A stretch of DNA of 63,885 nucleotides from positions 1 through 63,885 of the forward strand of contig MFPL01000008.1 of NCBI GenBank assembly GCA_001784155.1. The letters are read 5' to 3'. Position numbers and translations under genes: made by a program. Position 1 is the stretch's first letter. Each line of letters opens with the position of its first letter. Origin of the DNA: Candidatus Levybacteria bacterium RIFCSPLOWO2_12_FULL_41_12. Its GTDB lineage: Bacteria > Patescibacteriota > Microgenomatia > Levybacterales > UBA12049. Below, piece by piece: positions 27,567 through 35,246 of this stretch. The notes under the pieces are model-generated. The model was not told the DNA's origin and did not search any database. It saw only the letters and a list, made by a program, of their open reading frames with translations.

Positions 27567-27585
27567 ATTGACACGAGGCAAAAAG
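27567..27585 (+). promoter_or_regulatory. 19-nt box copy 2 (ATTGACACGAGGCAAAAAG)
   Basis: precedes TGcTATACT (27598-27606) by 27 nt rather than 17. Confidence 0.55.
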
Positions 27586-27612
27586 AGCAATTGCTTTTGC
27601 TATACTGCAGAT

Positions 27613-28767
27613 ATGTTATCAAATATTAGGGTTCTTACCTGGTTTAATTTTTTCTCGGACTTTAAACTCTATGCTCCTTTTGCAATTATATATTTTGCAC
27701 AAGTCTCCGGCTCATTTGCTTTAGGAATGGCGATTTTTTCAATAGCTAGAATAGCATCAGCAGTATTTGAGATTCCGACAGGAATTTTTTCCGATCGGAT
27801 CGGCAGAAAGAAAACAGTAATACTTGGAGCATCTTCTGCGATTTTATTTATAATTATTTATGCGATAGGGCATTCTTTTTGGTTTTTGGTGATCGGAGCG
27901 ATTTTTGAAGGATTATCAATCTCTTTCTACAGCGGAAATAATAACGCGCTTCTTCACGATACACTAAAAGAGGAAAATCAAACGGAAAAGTATGCAGACT
28001 ATCTGGGAAAAATTAGCAAAATGTTTCCTGCCGGCTTAGCTATATCCGCAGTGCTGGGAGGGCTGTTCTCAGTTTGGTCGTTGTCGATAGTTGTTTGGCT
28101 CTCCGTAATCCCTCAAACATTTTGTCTGCTCCTGGCATTTTTCATAAAAGAGCCAACAACTATTTCTAGAATGAGCGGTAATATTTATCGCAATTTAAAG
28201 GAGGCTTACTTTCAATTTACCAGAAATAGAAAATTAAAATACTTGAGTCTTGCTTCAATTGTAAGCGATGGGTTAGGCGAAGCGGGATTTCTTTTTCAGT
28301 CTGCATTCTATAATACGGTCTGGCCCCTCTGGGCGATTCCTATTGCCAAAACCATATCATATATCGGATCAACTGCTGGTTTTCATTACGCGGGAAGGGT
28401 GATCAGAAGGTTCAATATTTTTAAGGTTTTAATTGTTGGGAATCTATATACCAGAGGATTATACTTATTAGCTACTGGTATCCCTACTGTTTTATCCCCC
28501 CTACTGCTGTCCCTCTCGTCACTCTTTTACGGATCGGCAATGGTAGGAAGAGGTTCTCTTATGCAGAAAGAATATAGCGATGAGAGAAGGGCTACGATGG
28601 CTTCTTTAAACGCATTCGCAGGGAGCATTTTCTTCGCAGTTGTAGCTATTATTTTGGGGTTTGTTGCTGACTTTCTAACCCCTGCAAAAGCACTTTTCTT
28701 TCTTCAGTTTTTTCACTTAACAGCCATCTTTTTCTACTGGAAGCTTTTCAAATTCCACAAGCCTTAA
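27613..28767 (+). CDS. MFS transporter
   Basis: 12-TM-like profile, loop motif GIFSDRIGRKK; ATG 6 nt after TATACT. Confidence 0.8.
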   Translation: MLSNIRVLTWFNFFSDFKLYAPFAIIYFAQVSGSFALGMAIFSIARIASAVFEIPTGIFSDRIGRKKTVILGASSAILFIIIYAIGHSFWFLVIGAIFEGLSISFYSGNNNALLHDTLKEENQTEKYADYLGKISKMFPAGLAISAVLGGLFSVWSLSIVVWLSVIPQTFCLLLAFFIKEPTTISRMSGNIYRNLKEAYFQFTRNRKLKYLSLASIVSDGLGEAGFLFQSAFYNTVWPLWAIPIAKTISYIGSTAGFHYAGRVIRRFNIFKVLIVGNLYTRGLYLLATGIPTVLSPLLLSLSSLFYGSAMVGRGSLMQKEYSDERRATMASLNAFAGSIFFAVVAIILGFVADFLTPAKALFFLQFFHLTAIFFYWKLFKFHKP

Positions 28768-28994
28768 CTATTTAGGATTTCGAAAATTTTGTTTCTGGAT
28801 TTTTCACCCGAGACTAAAATTACATCCGGCCGTTTGACTTCGAAATATTTGGCTAAAGTGTTAATAATTGCATTATTCGCGCGTCCATCAATCGGTGGTT
28901 CACTTACATAAACGTGAAAGGTATCGAGCAAATCTTTTTCAATTCTCTCATTCTTGGCATTCGGATGCGCAATAACATAAACTCTCATGTTCAT
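28764..28994 (-). CDS. DUF167/YggU family protein
   Basis: 76 aa; PPIDGRANNAIINTLAKYFEV...VSGEKSRNK matches the family pattern. Confidence 0.82.
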   Translation of the reverse strand: MNMRVYVIAHPNAKNERIEKDLLDTFHVYVSEPPIDGRANNAIINTLAKYFEVKRPDVILVSGEKSRNKIFEILNS

Positions 28995-29019
28995 ATTCTA
29001 TCAAAACATAGCATCCGTA

Positions 29020-29038
29020 ATTGACATGGGGCAAAAAG
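29020..29038 (+). promoter_or_regulatory. 19-nt box copy 3 (ATTGACATGGGGCAAAAAG)
   Basis: TTGACA 29021-29026, 17 nt, TACACT 29044-29049. Confidence 0.6.
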
Positions 29039-29072
29039 GGGAGTACACTCAGCGCGCAAGTTTTAGGAAGCT

Positions 29073-29498
29073 ATGAATTATAAAACTACGACGGTGACAC
29101 TTCTAGTTATATTGGGAGTAGTTTTTGGCTCACTTGGAACTTATTTTTTTCTAAACCGTGAGCAGGGGGGAACTTCTCTTACACCTACCCCAAGCACAAA
29201 AGATCAAGTACAGACCCCAAGTCCTACCGAAGCAGCAACCGAAAGTTCGGAGGATATTATTAAAGAATTAACACCAGTTTTAGATCCCGATAATAATCCC
29301 AATTTTTTTGCAACAGTAGAAGTGAGAGAAGGTAATTACGCACAAGGTACTGCAAGTTTTGGCGGGGGCGGATACGGCTGGTATGCTGTAAAACAGAATG
29401 GAAAGTGGGAGGTTATTCTTAAAACACAAAACGAACCGCCGTGCTCAACTATGGAGCAATACGGTTTCCCCGAGAGCGTTTATAAAACCTGCCATTAA
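29073..29498 (+). CDS. small secreted/anchored orphan protein
   Basis: N-terminal TM/signal, Thr/Pro linker, 141 aa. Confidence 0.6.
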   Translation: MNYKTTTVTLLVILGVVFGSLGTYFFLNREQGGTSLTPTPSTKDQVQTPSPTEAATESSEDIIKELTPVLDPDNNPNFFATVEVREGNYAQGTASFGGGGYGWYAVKQNGKWEVILKTQNEPPCSTMEQYGFPESVYKTCH

Positions 29499-29532
29499 AG
29501 CCTCTAGATTCCCAAAAAGATCTTATCCCGCA

Positions 29533-29551
29533 ATTGACAAGAGGTAAAAAG
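29533..29551 (+). promoter_or_regulatory. 19-nt box copy 4 (ATTGACAAGAGGTAAAAAG), faces the 3' end of a minus-strand gene
   Basis: no plausible plus-strand CDS downstream. Confidence 0.45.
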
Positions 29552-29555
29552 GGGA

Positions 29556-29948
29556 TTAACCCCTGCGGACATTTCTGTTATCAAAATGTGCTTTTTTCAA
29601 CTTCTGAGCAAACCCTCGGACTGCATCTTCTCTTATTCCGACTAAGGATTCAAAAGCGCTGGCCCAAGCCTGTGCTACATGCTCAAAACCAAAACGTGCT
29701 CCTTCTTTCGCTTCCTTTAATCTCCGTGTTAAATCTACGAAAGTAACACCATCTCTTAAAACCGCAACTGCTTCCAGTTCGGATGGAGTGAGACCGGCTA
29801 GCAACGCGTGTTCAGCAAGCTCATAGTAAGGTCTGTAGTATCTTCCGATTGCTTCCAGATCCCCCTCTGGAGGTTTTGCTACTATCCGAACAGGAGGGTC
29901 TATAGCAGTTGTCTCTGTTGTTTCTCCCTCTGGGCCTATCTGTGTCAT
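29556..29948 (-). CDS. orphan protein (130 aa)
   Basis: protein-like Ala/Glu/Arg-rich ORF; ATG at 29948 lies 10 nt after a TTGATT-N17-TATAAT promoter. Confidence 0.6.
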   Translation of the reverse strand: MTQIGPEGETTETTAIDPPVRIVAKPPEGDLEAIGRYYRPYYELAEHALLAGLTPSELEAVAVLRDGVTFVDLTRRLKEAKEGARFGFEHVAQAWASAFESLVGIREDAVRGFAQKLKKAHFDNRNVRRG

Positions 29949-29958
29949 ATTTGTGGGA

Positions 29959-29987
29959 ATTATACTATTGGTTAGAATTAAAATCAA
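29959..29987 (-). promoter_or_regulatory. promoter TTGATT-N17-TATAAT
   Basis: minus-strand TATAAT 29959-29964, -35 29982-29987, abutting the plus-strand TTGACA at 29988. Confidence 0.6.
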
Positions 29988-30005
29988 TTGACAAGAGGCA
30001 AAAAG
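29987..30005 (+). promoter_or_regulatory. 19-nt box copy 5 (ATTGACAAGAGGCAAAAAG)
   Basis: TTGACA 29988-29993, 17 nt, TAAATT 30011-30016. Confidence 0.6.
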
Positions 30006-30026
30006 AATAGTAAATTCAAGGCACGC

Positions 30027-30533
30027 GTGATAAATCGGGATATTTTATTTAAAAGCGAAAGAGAGAAAATTTCCCGTGTGAGAAGAGCTATAATTCCTCA
30101 TCAGATTTACAGTAAGGATAAGGAGAAAATTGTAGCTCTTGCTAATGCCTCGGACTCAATTCTTTTCCAAGCCACAACTGTTTTTCCTTTTACCTTTTTT
30201 CCGGACTCAATTATTATAGATAAAACAAAAGTAACAATAATAGAACGCTTATTTTTTTTCCATCAGAATACTACAAGCTATGCGATAGAGGATATTTTAA
30301 ATGTTGAGGTAGGTTCCGGTTTGCTTTTTTCGATTTTAACTTGCCTAACACGTTACGATAATAAGAAAGCTTTTAGCCTTCGTTATCTTAAAAACGGTGA
30401 TGCAATATTTGCGAAAAAACTTCTTCAGGGACTTATTATTGCCAAACGTGAAGGCGTACACATAGAAGAACTATCAAAAGAAGAAATCATGACCCATGGT
30501 GAAGTAATTGGAAAAGGAGAAAGGGAAGAGTAA
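30027..30533 (+). CDS. orphan protein (GTG start assumed)
   Basis: ORF open from the promoter box; the first in-frame start downstream of the -10 is GTG 30027. Confidence 0.5.
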   Translation: MINRDILFKSEREKISRVRRAIIPHQIYSKDKEKIVALANASDSILFQATTVFPFTFFPDSIIIDKTKVTIIERLFFFHQNTTSYAIEDILNVEVGSGLLFSILTCLTRYDNKKAFSLRYLKNGDAIFAKKLLQGLIIAKREGVHIEELSKEEIMTHGEVIGKGEREE

Positions 30534-30555
30534 CAGCTTCTGCTATAATTCCAGA

Positions 30556-30891
30556 ATGTCAATTGAGAGAGGGAATGGTTCTGGAAGTTTAGACGACATG
30601 GAGCCTACCGTCATTGGAGAGAATATTAATCTACCCGTAGGCGAGGTGGTAATTCAAATGCGCCAAGAGGATGCACTAGAAGTTTTTGCCGATCAGGACT
30701 TAATACAAAATCATCCTCATCTTGGAAAAGCGGTAAATACATTTCATGAAGCTGGTCAAGAGGTTTGGGGTCAATTCAATGCCCACAAGGGTGGGATAGT
30801 TCTTACAGCCGTTGGTATTGCTGGAGTGGTCGGAATCGGTATTTTAATAAGGAGAAGAAAGACAGATAAAAATCCCTCGCATTCTAGTTGA
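30556..30891 (+). CDS. tail-anchored orphan protein
   Basis: ATG 6 nt after TGCTATAAT; C-terminal TM GIVLTAVGIAGVVGIGILI. Confidence 0.55.
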   Translation: MSIERGNGSGSLDDMEPTVIGENINLPVGEVVIQMRQEDALEVFADQDLIQNHPHLGKAVNTFHEAGQEVWGQFNAHKGGIVLTAVGIAGVVGIGILIRRRKTDKNPSHSS

Positions 30892-31051
30892 CTCACCCCT
30901 CAACTCACTATTTCTCTTATGCCTCAATTGAGCTAAATTAGAAGCGCCGTTTACTCAGGATATCCTCGAAAAACTCAAATCCGTAATGGAAGCCTAACTT
31001 CTGTTTACACTGAGCTAAACACGATGAGGGAAGTGCTATAATTAGTCCCAA

Positions 31052-31753
31052 ATGACCTTAGTAAGTCTTCGGAAAGAAATAAAAAATCTAACTGATAAAG
31101 AAAAAGGGGCTTTTCTTCAGAGATTTTTCCGTACAGGCCCTGGAGAATACGGGGAGGGGGATATATTTGTTGGGCTTACAGTTCCTCAGTCAAGAAGTTT
31201 AGCTCTGAAATATAGAGATTTATCTTTTTTGGAAATCCTGGAGCTTTTAAAATCAAAAATCCACGAAGAACGTCTCATTGCACTTCTTATTTTGGTTTAC
31301 CGCTTTCAAAAACAGCCAGAGGACCAGAGGAAAATTTACGAATTTTATCTCAAGCACACAAAATATATTAACAATTGGGATTTGGTCGATTTGTCCTCGC
31401 ACAAGATAATAGGCGAGTATTTACTGGATAAACCAAAAGATATTCTCTTTAAACTTGCCCGCTCCGAAAGTCTTTGGGAGAAAAGAATTTCTTTAATTTC
31501 TACATTTGCCTTCATTAGGGATGGTAAGTTGGATATTTCCTTAGAGCTTGCAGACATTTTAGTAAATGATAAGCATGATCTAATCCAAAAAGCCTTAGGG
31601 TGGATGCTAAGGGAAATTGGGAAGAAAGATCTGGCTGCAGAAGAAAAATTCCTGAGAAAACATTATAGACAAATGGGCAGAACCGCTCTTCGCTACGCCA
31701 TAGAAAAATTCCCCGAAGAAAAAAGACTTAAATACCTCCACGGAGAAATTTAA
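31052..31753 (+). CDS. DNA alkylation repair protein (AlkD-like HEAT-repeat family)
   Basis: FLQRFFRTGPGEYGEGDIFVGLTVPQ, NNWDLVD, WMLREIGK motifs. Confidence 0.82.
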   Translation: MTLVSLRKEIKNLTDKEKGAFLQRFFRTGPGEYGEGDIFVGLTVPQSRSLALKYRDLSFLEILELLKSKIHEERLIALLILVYRFQKQPEDQRKIYEFYLKHTKYINNWDLVDLSSHKIIGEYLLDKPKDILFKLARSESLWEKRISLISTFAFIRDGKLDISLELADILVNDKHDLIQKALGWMLREIGKKDLAAEEKFLRKHYRQMGRTALRYAIEKFPEEKRLKYLHGEI

Positions 31754-31801
31754 TCAGCCTTTATGCTGAGTTTGTCGAAGTATTGACACCGCGGGAAAAG
31801 G
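31754..31801 (+). repeat. ~45-bp promoter-bearing repeat, copy A
   Basis: TCAGCCTTTATGCTGAGTTTGTCGAAGTATTGACACCGCGGGAAAAGG versus copy B at 32431-32476. Confidence 0.8.
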
Positions 31802-31820
31802 AGAGTGATATAATCTTTTT

Positions 31821-32162
31821 ATGATTATCACCAAAGCCGAGCCATTTTCAAAAGAAGAAATAAAAAAGCTACAGGAGAAATTTGATACATATATTAAAAC
31901 GGTAATTGACGTAGGGAAAAGGATATGCTCGGCCGGTGTTGACCGCCATTTCGAAGCTGAAAGAATTCTTCTTGAACAAGGATCAAGCCAATCAGATCTC
32001 TGGGGCGGAGGGGTTGATTTGGAATCAAAAACTATCGATGGGAATTCTTTTATTAACATTAGACCGCAGGACGGGAATTTGAGTAATGAAATTCAGGATG
32101 CTAATATAAGAAAAGAGTTTGAAAAACTCACAAAATATTTTTTTAAGGAAATTTATGAGTAG
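31821..32162 (+). CDS. DUF5674-like small protein
   Basis: 113 aa; ...LLEQGSSQSDLWGGGVDL...FINIRPQDGN... resembles that family from memory. Confidence 0.55.
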   Translation: MIITKAEPFSKEEIKKLQEKFDTYIKTVIDVGKRICSAGVDRHFEAERILLEQGSSQSDLWGGGVDLESKTIDGNSFINIRPQDGNLSNEIQDANIRKEFEKLTKYFFKEIYE

Positions 32163-32430
32163 TCAAAATAAGCAATGTCTAGCGGCGCTTGCGATGGATC
32201 TAAAACGGGTAGCATTGGGGTATTACCACGGATCAAACAAGACAGCGGAGAGGTTTTTTGATGAGGCGCTTGAAAGAAGAAGAGAGATTGAATTGTCCGG
32301 CGTTAAGCCTTACGTCAGAAAACTTTTGCTCAAACTAGATTCAATTAAAAAAGAAAAAGATGTTTCACGAAGAGCCGAAGACGCACTGATGTATAGCACT
32401 CTTTTTCAAAACGCCGCACTCTCCAACTAA
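32155..32430 (+). CDS. small helical orphan protein
   Basis: ATG 32155 overlaps upstream stop by 8 nt. Confidence 0.55.
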   Translation: MSSQNKQCLAALAMDLKRVALGYYHGSNKTAERFFDEALERRREIELSGVKPYVRKLLLKLDSIKKEKDVSRRAEDALMYSTLFQNAALSN

Positions 32431-32476
32431 CCAGCCTTTATCCTGAGCGTGCCGAAGGATTGACACCGCGGAAGAG
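32431..32476 (+). repeat. ~45-bp promoter-bearing repeat, copy B
   Basis: CCAGCCTTTATCCTGAGCGTGCCGAAGGATTGACACCGCGGAAGAG. Confidence 0.8.
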
Positions 32477-32607
32477 TTTTCCCTTGCCCCTCGTAGCCTT
32501 ACCTTGAAACTCGAAGCCTTGGTGTAGTCTTCGGCGAAGTGGGGTGCTTGCCCTGAGCCCTTGTGGTGAGCTTGTCGAACTACAGTCGAAGGGCTATAAT
32601 TAGCCTC

Positions 32608-33771
32608 ATGAACTTAAGTATAGGGATAGTGGGATTACCCAACGTTGGAAAATCCACACTTTTTAATGCGCTTTTGAAAAAACAGCAGGCTTTGGTGGCA
32701 AATTATCCCTTTGCGACAATTGAGCCAAATGTTGGTGTTGTTGCCGTTCCGGACGACAGACTTATAAAGCTTCAAGAGATAACTATGGAGTCAATCCCTT
32801 CGACTTCGCTCAGGGTCTCACCGCCACCAATTATTCCGGCGACGGTTCGATTCGTAGACATCGCAGGGTTAGTAAAAGGGGCAAGCGAGGGCGCAGGACT
32901 TGGAAATAAATTCTTATCCCACATCCGCGAAGTTTCTGTTATAGCACATGTTGTAAGGGCATTCGAGAATCCTGATGTATTGTGGTATCAAGATGAAAAA
33001 GAGGCCCGCCTGCCAGCGCCTGAGCGCAGCGATGGCGAGCAGGGAAGCGTTGGTGTTAGGGAAGATTACGAAACAGTTAATACCGAGTTAGCACTTGCGG
33101 ATTTGCAATCTTTGCAGAATCAGGAATCAAGAATCAAGAATAATGATCCGAAAAAAGCGATACTTCAAAAATTAATAACAGAGATGAATAAAGAAATTTC
33201 TGCAAGAAAAATAGACTTAACTGGCGAGGAAAAAGAAGCTATTCGAGACCTTTTTTTACTCACTGCGAAGTCCGAAATAATCGTTCTCAATGTAGAAGAA
33301 CTGGACTACAAATCCGAGAAAATTCAGTCCATAACTGAACAATACTCAAAACTTTTAGAAGTTAGCAGTCAGAAGTTAGTAGTTATCTCAGCCAAGATCG
33401 AGTCTGAGCTTGCCAGTTTGTCAGACGAGGAGCAAAAAGAATATCTTAGAGATTTAGGACTTGAGAAATCGGGACTTGAGCGACTTATTCAAAAAGCATA
33501 TGAGGAATTAGGCCTTATTTCTTTTCTAACTTGCGGGGAAAAAGAAGTAAAAGCATGGACAGTTCGATTCGGTTCCACCTCGCTCACTGCCGCAGGAGAG
33601 ATTCATACTGATTTTACGCGCAAATTTATAAAAGCAGAAGTCGTGTCCTACGCGGATTTTGTTGAGTTTGGCGGATGGAAAGGCAGCCGTGAACACGGAC
33701 GTGCAAGACTTGAAGGCCGCGAATATGTTGTTCGTGATGGAGACATCATTGAGTTCAAAATAGGTACATGA
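32608..33771 (+). CDS. ychF: ribosome-binding ATPase YchF
   Basis: GIVGLPNVGKSTLFNAL, FVDIAGLVKGAS, TGS-like C-terminus; two GC-rich in-frame inserts. Confidence 0.92.
   Translation: MNLSIGIVGLPNVGKSTLFNALLKKQQALVANYPFATIEPNVGVVAVPDDRLIKLQEITMESIPSTSLRVSPPPIIPATVRFVDIAGLVKGASEGAGLGNKFLSHIREVSVIAHVVRAFENPDVLWYQDEKEARLPAPERSDGEQGSVGVREDYETVNTELALADLQSLQNQESRIKNNDPKKAILQKLITEMNKEISARKIDLTGEEKEAIRDLFLLTAKSEIIVLNVEELDYKSEKIQSITEQYSKLLEVSSQKLVVISAKIESELASLSDEEQKEYLRDLGLEKSGLERLIQKAYEELGLISFLTCGEKEVKAWTVRFGSTSLTAAGEIHTDFTRKFIKAEVVSYADFVEFGGWKGSREHGRARLEGREYVVRDGDIIEFKIGT
32796..32817 (+). repeat. CCCTTCGACTTCGCTCAGGGTC element inside ychF
   Basis: encodes IPSTSLRVS between the conserved LQEI and PA.V.FVDIAGL segments. 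Confidence 0.8.
33001..33050 (+). repeat. GC-rich insert inside ychF
   Basis: GAGGCCCGCCTGCCAGCGCCTGAGCGCAGCGATGGCGAGCAGGGAAGCG; shares CCCGCCTGC with 38224 and 38286. Confidence 0.7.
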
Positions 33772-34186
33772 CACATTTCGGGGTCCTGCTTGCTTAAAAA
33801 TTGCGCTGAGCTCGCTTTTGAGTTTTAAGACTGCTCGCATCGAAATTTTCATCTATTTTAGAACCCCGCTCATATCCATATTGAAAGTGCCGCTCGCTTT
33901 AAGTTTTTATCTAACTCCAAGCTTACTCCCCGCTCGCTAAGTGAACGCCTTTTTAAATGTTTGGCTTTAAAACAAAAATTAACCACAACGGCGTTCAGTT
34001 GCATTTCAAATGGACATTTCGCGTGTTTATATTTAATATCTTATATTTAACACTTAATTTATTCATCAGGTATAGTCTCGAAAATTCCAAAGACTCGCAT
34101 TCTCTAACTCATAATTCATGATTCATGATTCATAGTTTACTATTTGATATTTGCTATGTTTCTATGCTAGGATTAGTGGACTTAAT

Positions 34187-34465
34187 ATGAGGAAATACGA
34201 TTTGGTTCTGGTTTTAAGAACTTCTTTAAAAGAAGCTGATAGAAAAAAGATTTTATCAGGGGTTAAAGACAGTCTTAAGGACGCAAAAATATCAAAAGAA
34301 GAAGATTGGGGTCAAAAACCCTTGTCCTATCCCATAAAAAGGGAAGTGTCCGGTTTTTATGTGAATATAGATATTGAGTCAGAAAACGCACTTCCTTCGG
34401 ATTTTGAAAAAAGAATTACTTCCCAAGACAGTGTTTTGAGACATATTTTGATAAGGGGAAATTAA
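34187..34465 (+). CDS. rpsF: 30S ribosomal protein S6
   Basis: MRKYDLVLVL start typical of S6; rpsF-ssb-rpsR order. Confidence 0.9.
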   Translation: MRKYDLVLVLRTSLKEADRKKILSGVKDSLKDAKISKEEDWGQKPLSYPIKREVSGFYVNIDIESENALPSDFEKRITSQDSVLRHILIRGN

Positions 34466-34466
34466 T

Positions 34467-34991
34467 ATGCCAAGAAGTTTGAACAGAGTACAGTTAATCG
34501 GGAATTTAACCCGAGACCCGGAGCTTCGCTACACTCCGCAGGGGACTGCTGTCTGTTCTTTTGGTATAGCTACCAATCGTTCCTGGACAACTGACTCAGG
34601 TGAGAAGAAAGAAGATGCAGAGTTTCATAAAATTGTTGCCTGGAATAAGTTGGCAGAGCTTTGTAGTCAATTTCTTGTAAAAGGAAGAAAGGTCTTTGTT
34701 GAGGGAAGGCTTTCTACCAGAAGCTGGAATGCGCAAGACGGAACACAAAAAACAACGACTGAGATAATAATCTCAGACATGATACTTTTGGACAGCAGGG
34801 GCGCAAGAAAAGCTGAGGAATCAGAAGAATCAGAAGAAAAAGAAGAAGCGCAGGAAGCACCAGAAAAAGAAACCAAACCCTCTGCCGCTAAACCTGCCCG
34901 TCCGGCAGGCGGGGCTAAAGAGGGCAAGGGAGGAAAGCCTGTAAAAAAAGAGCCGGCCGAGGAAGTTGCCCCCGATGACATACCTTTTTAA
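34467..34991 (+). CDS. ssb: single-stranded DNA-binding protein
   Basis: OB fold LNRVQLIGNLTRDPELRYTPQG, acidic tip DDIPF. Confidence 0.94.
   Translation: MPRSLNRVQLIGNLTRDPELRYTPQGTAVCSFGIATNRSWTTDSGEKKEDAEFHKIVAWNKLAELCSQFLVKGRKVFVEGRLSTRSWNAQDGTQKTTTEIIISDMILLDSRGARKAEESEESEEKEEAQEAPEKETKPSAAKPARPAGGAKEGKGGKPVKKEPAEEVAPDDIPF
34887..34916 (+). repeat. GC-rich hairpin mini-element, coding copy in ssb tail
   Basis: identical 30-mer to 8845-8874; translated AKPARPAGGA. Confidence 0.9.
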
Positions 34992-34994
34992 CTC

Positions 34995-35240
34995 ATGCCA
35001 AAATCCAAAAAAACCCATAAACCAAGAAGAATAAAAACAGCTCCTAAGAAGTGTTATTTCTGCGAAGAAAAAAGGACCCCTTCTTTTAAGGAGGTTTCTT
35101 ATCTTCAAAGATTTATTACCGAAAGAGGAAAAATAATTTCAAGATCCCGAACAGGACTTTGCTCCAAGCACCAAAACGGACTTGCGAGAAATATTAAGTA
35201 CGCAAGGCATTTAGCATTACTGCCTTTTGTTGCCAATTAA
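34995..35240 (+). CDS. rpsR: 30S ribosomal protein S18
   Basis: CYFCEEK..., LQRFITERGKI, TGLCSKHQ motifs. Confidence 0.93.
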   Translation: MPKSKKTHKPRRIKTAPKKCYFCEEKRTPSFKEVSYLQRFITERGKIISRSRTGLCSKHQNGLARNIKYARHLALLPFVAN

Positions 35241-35246
35241 TTTAAA

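Noticed and set aside
27568-30026. Track ORFs beginning MTRGKK at 27568, 29534 and 29988
   Set aside because: The MTRGKK codons are the TTGACAAGAGGCAAAAAG promoter box read as protein. True starts lie downstream (ATG 27613, GTG 30027). The 29534 ORF is non-protein-like and antisense to a better gene.
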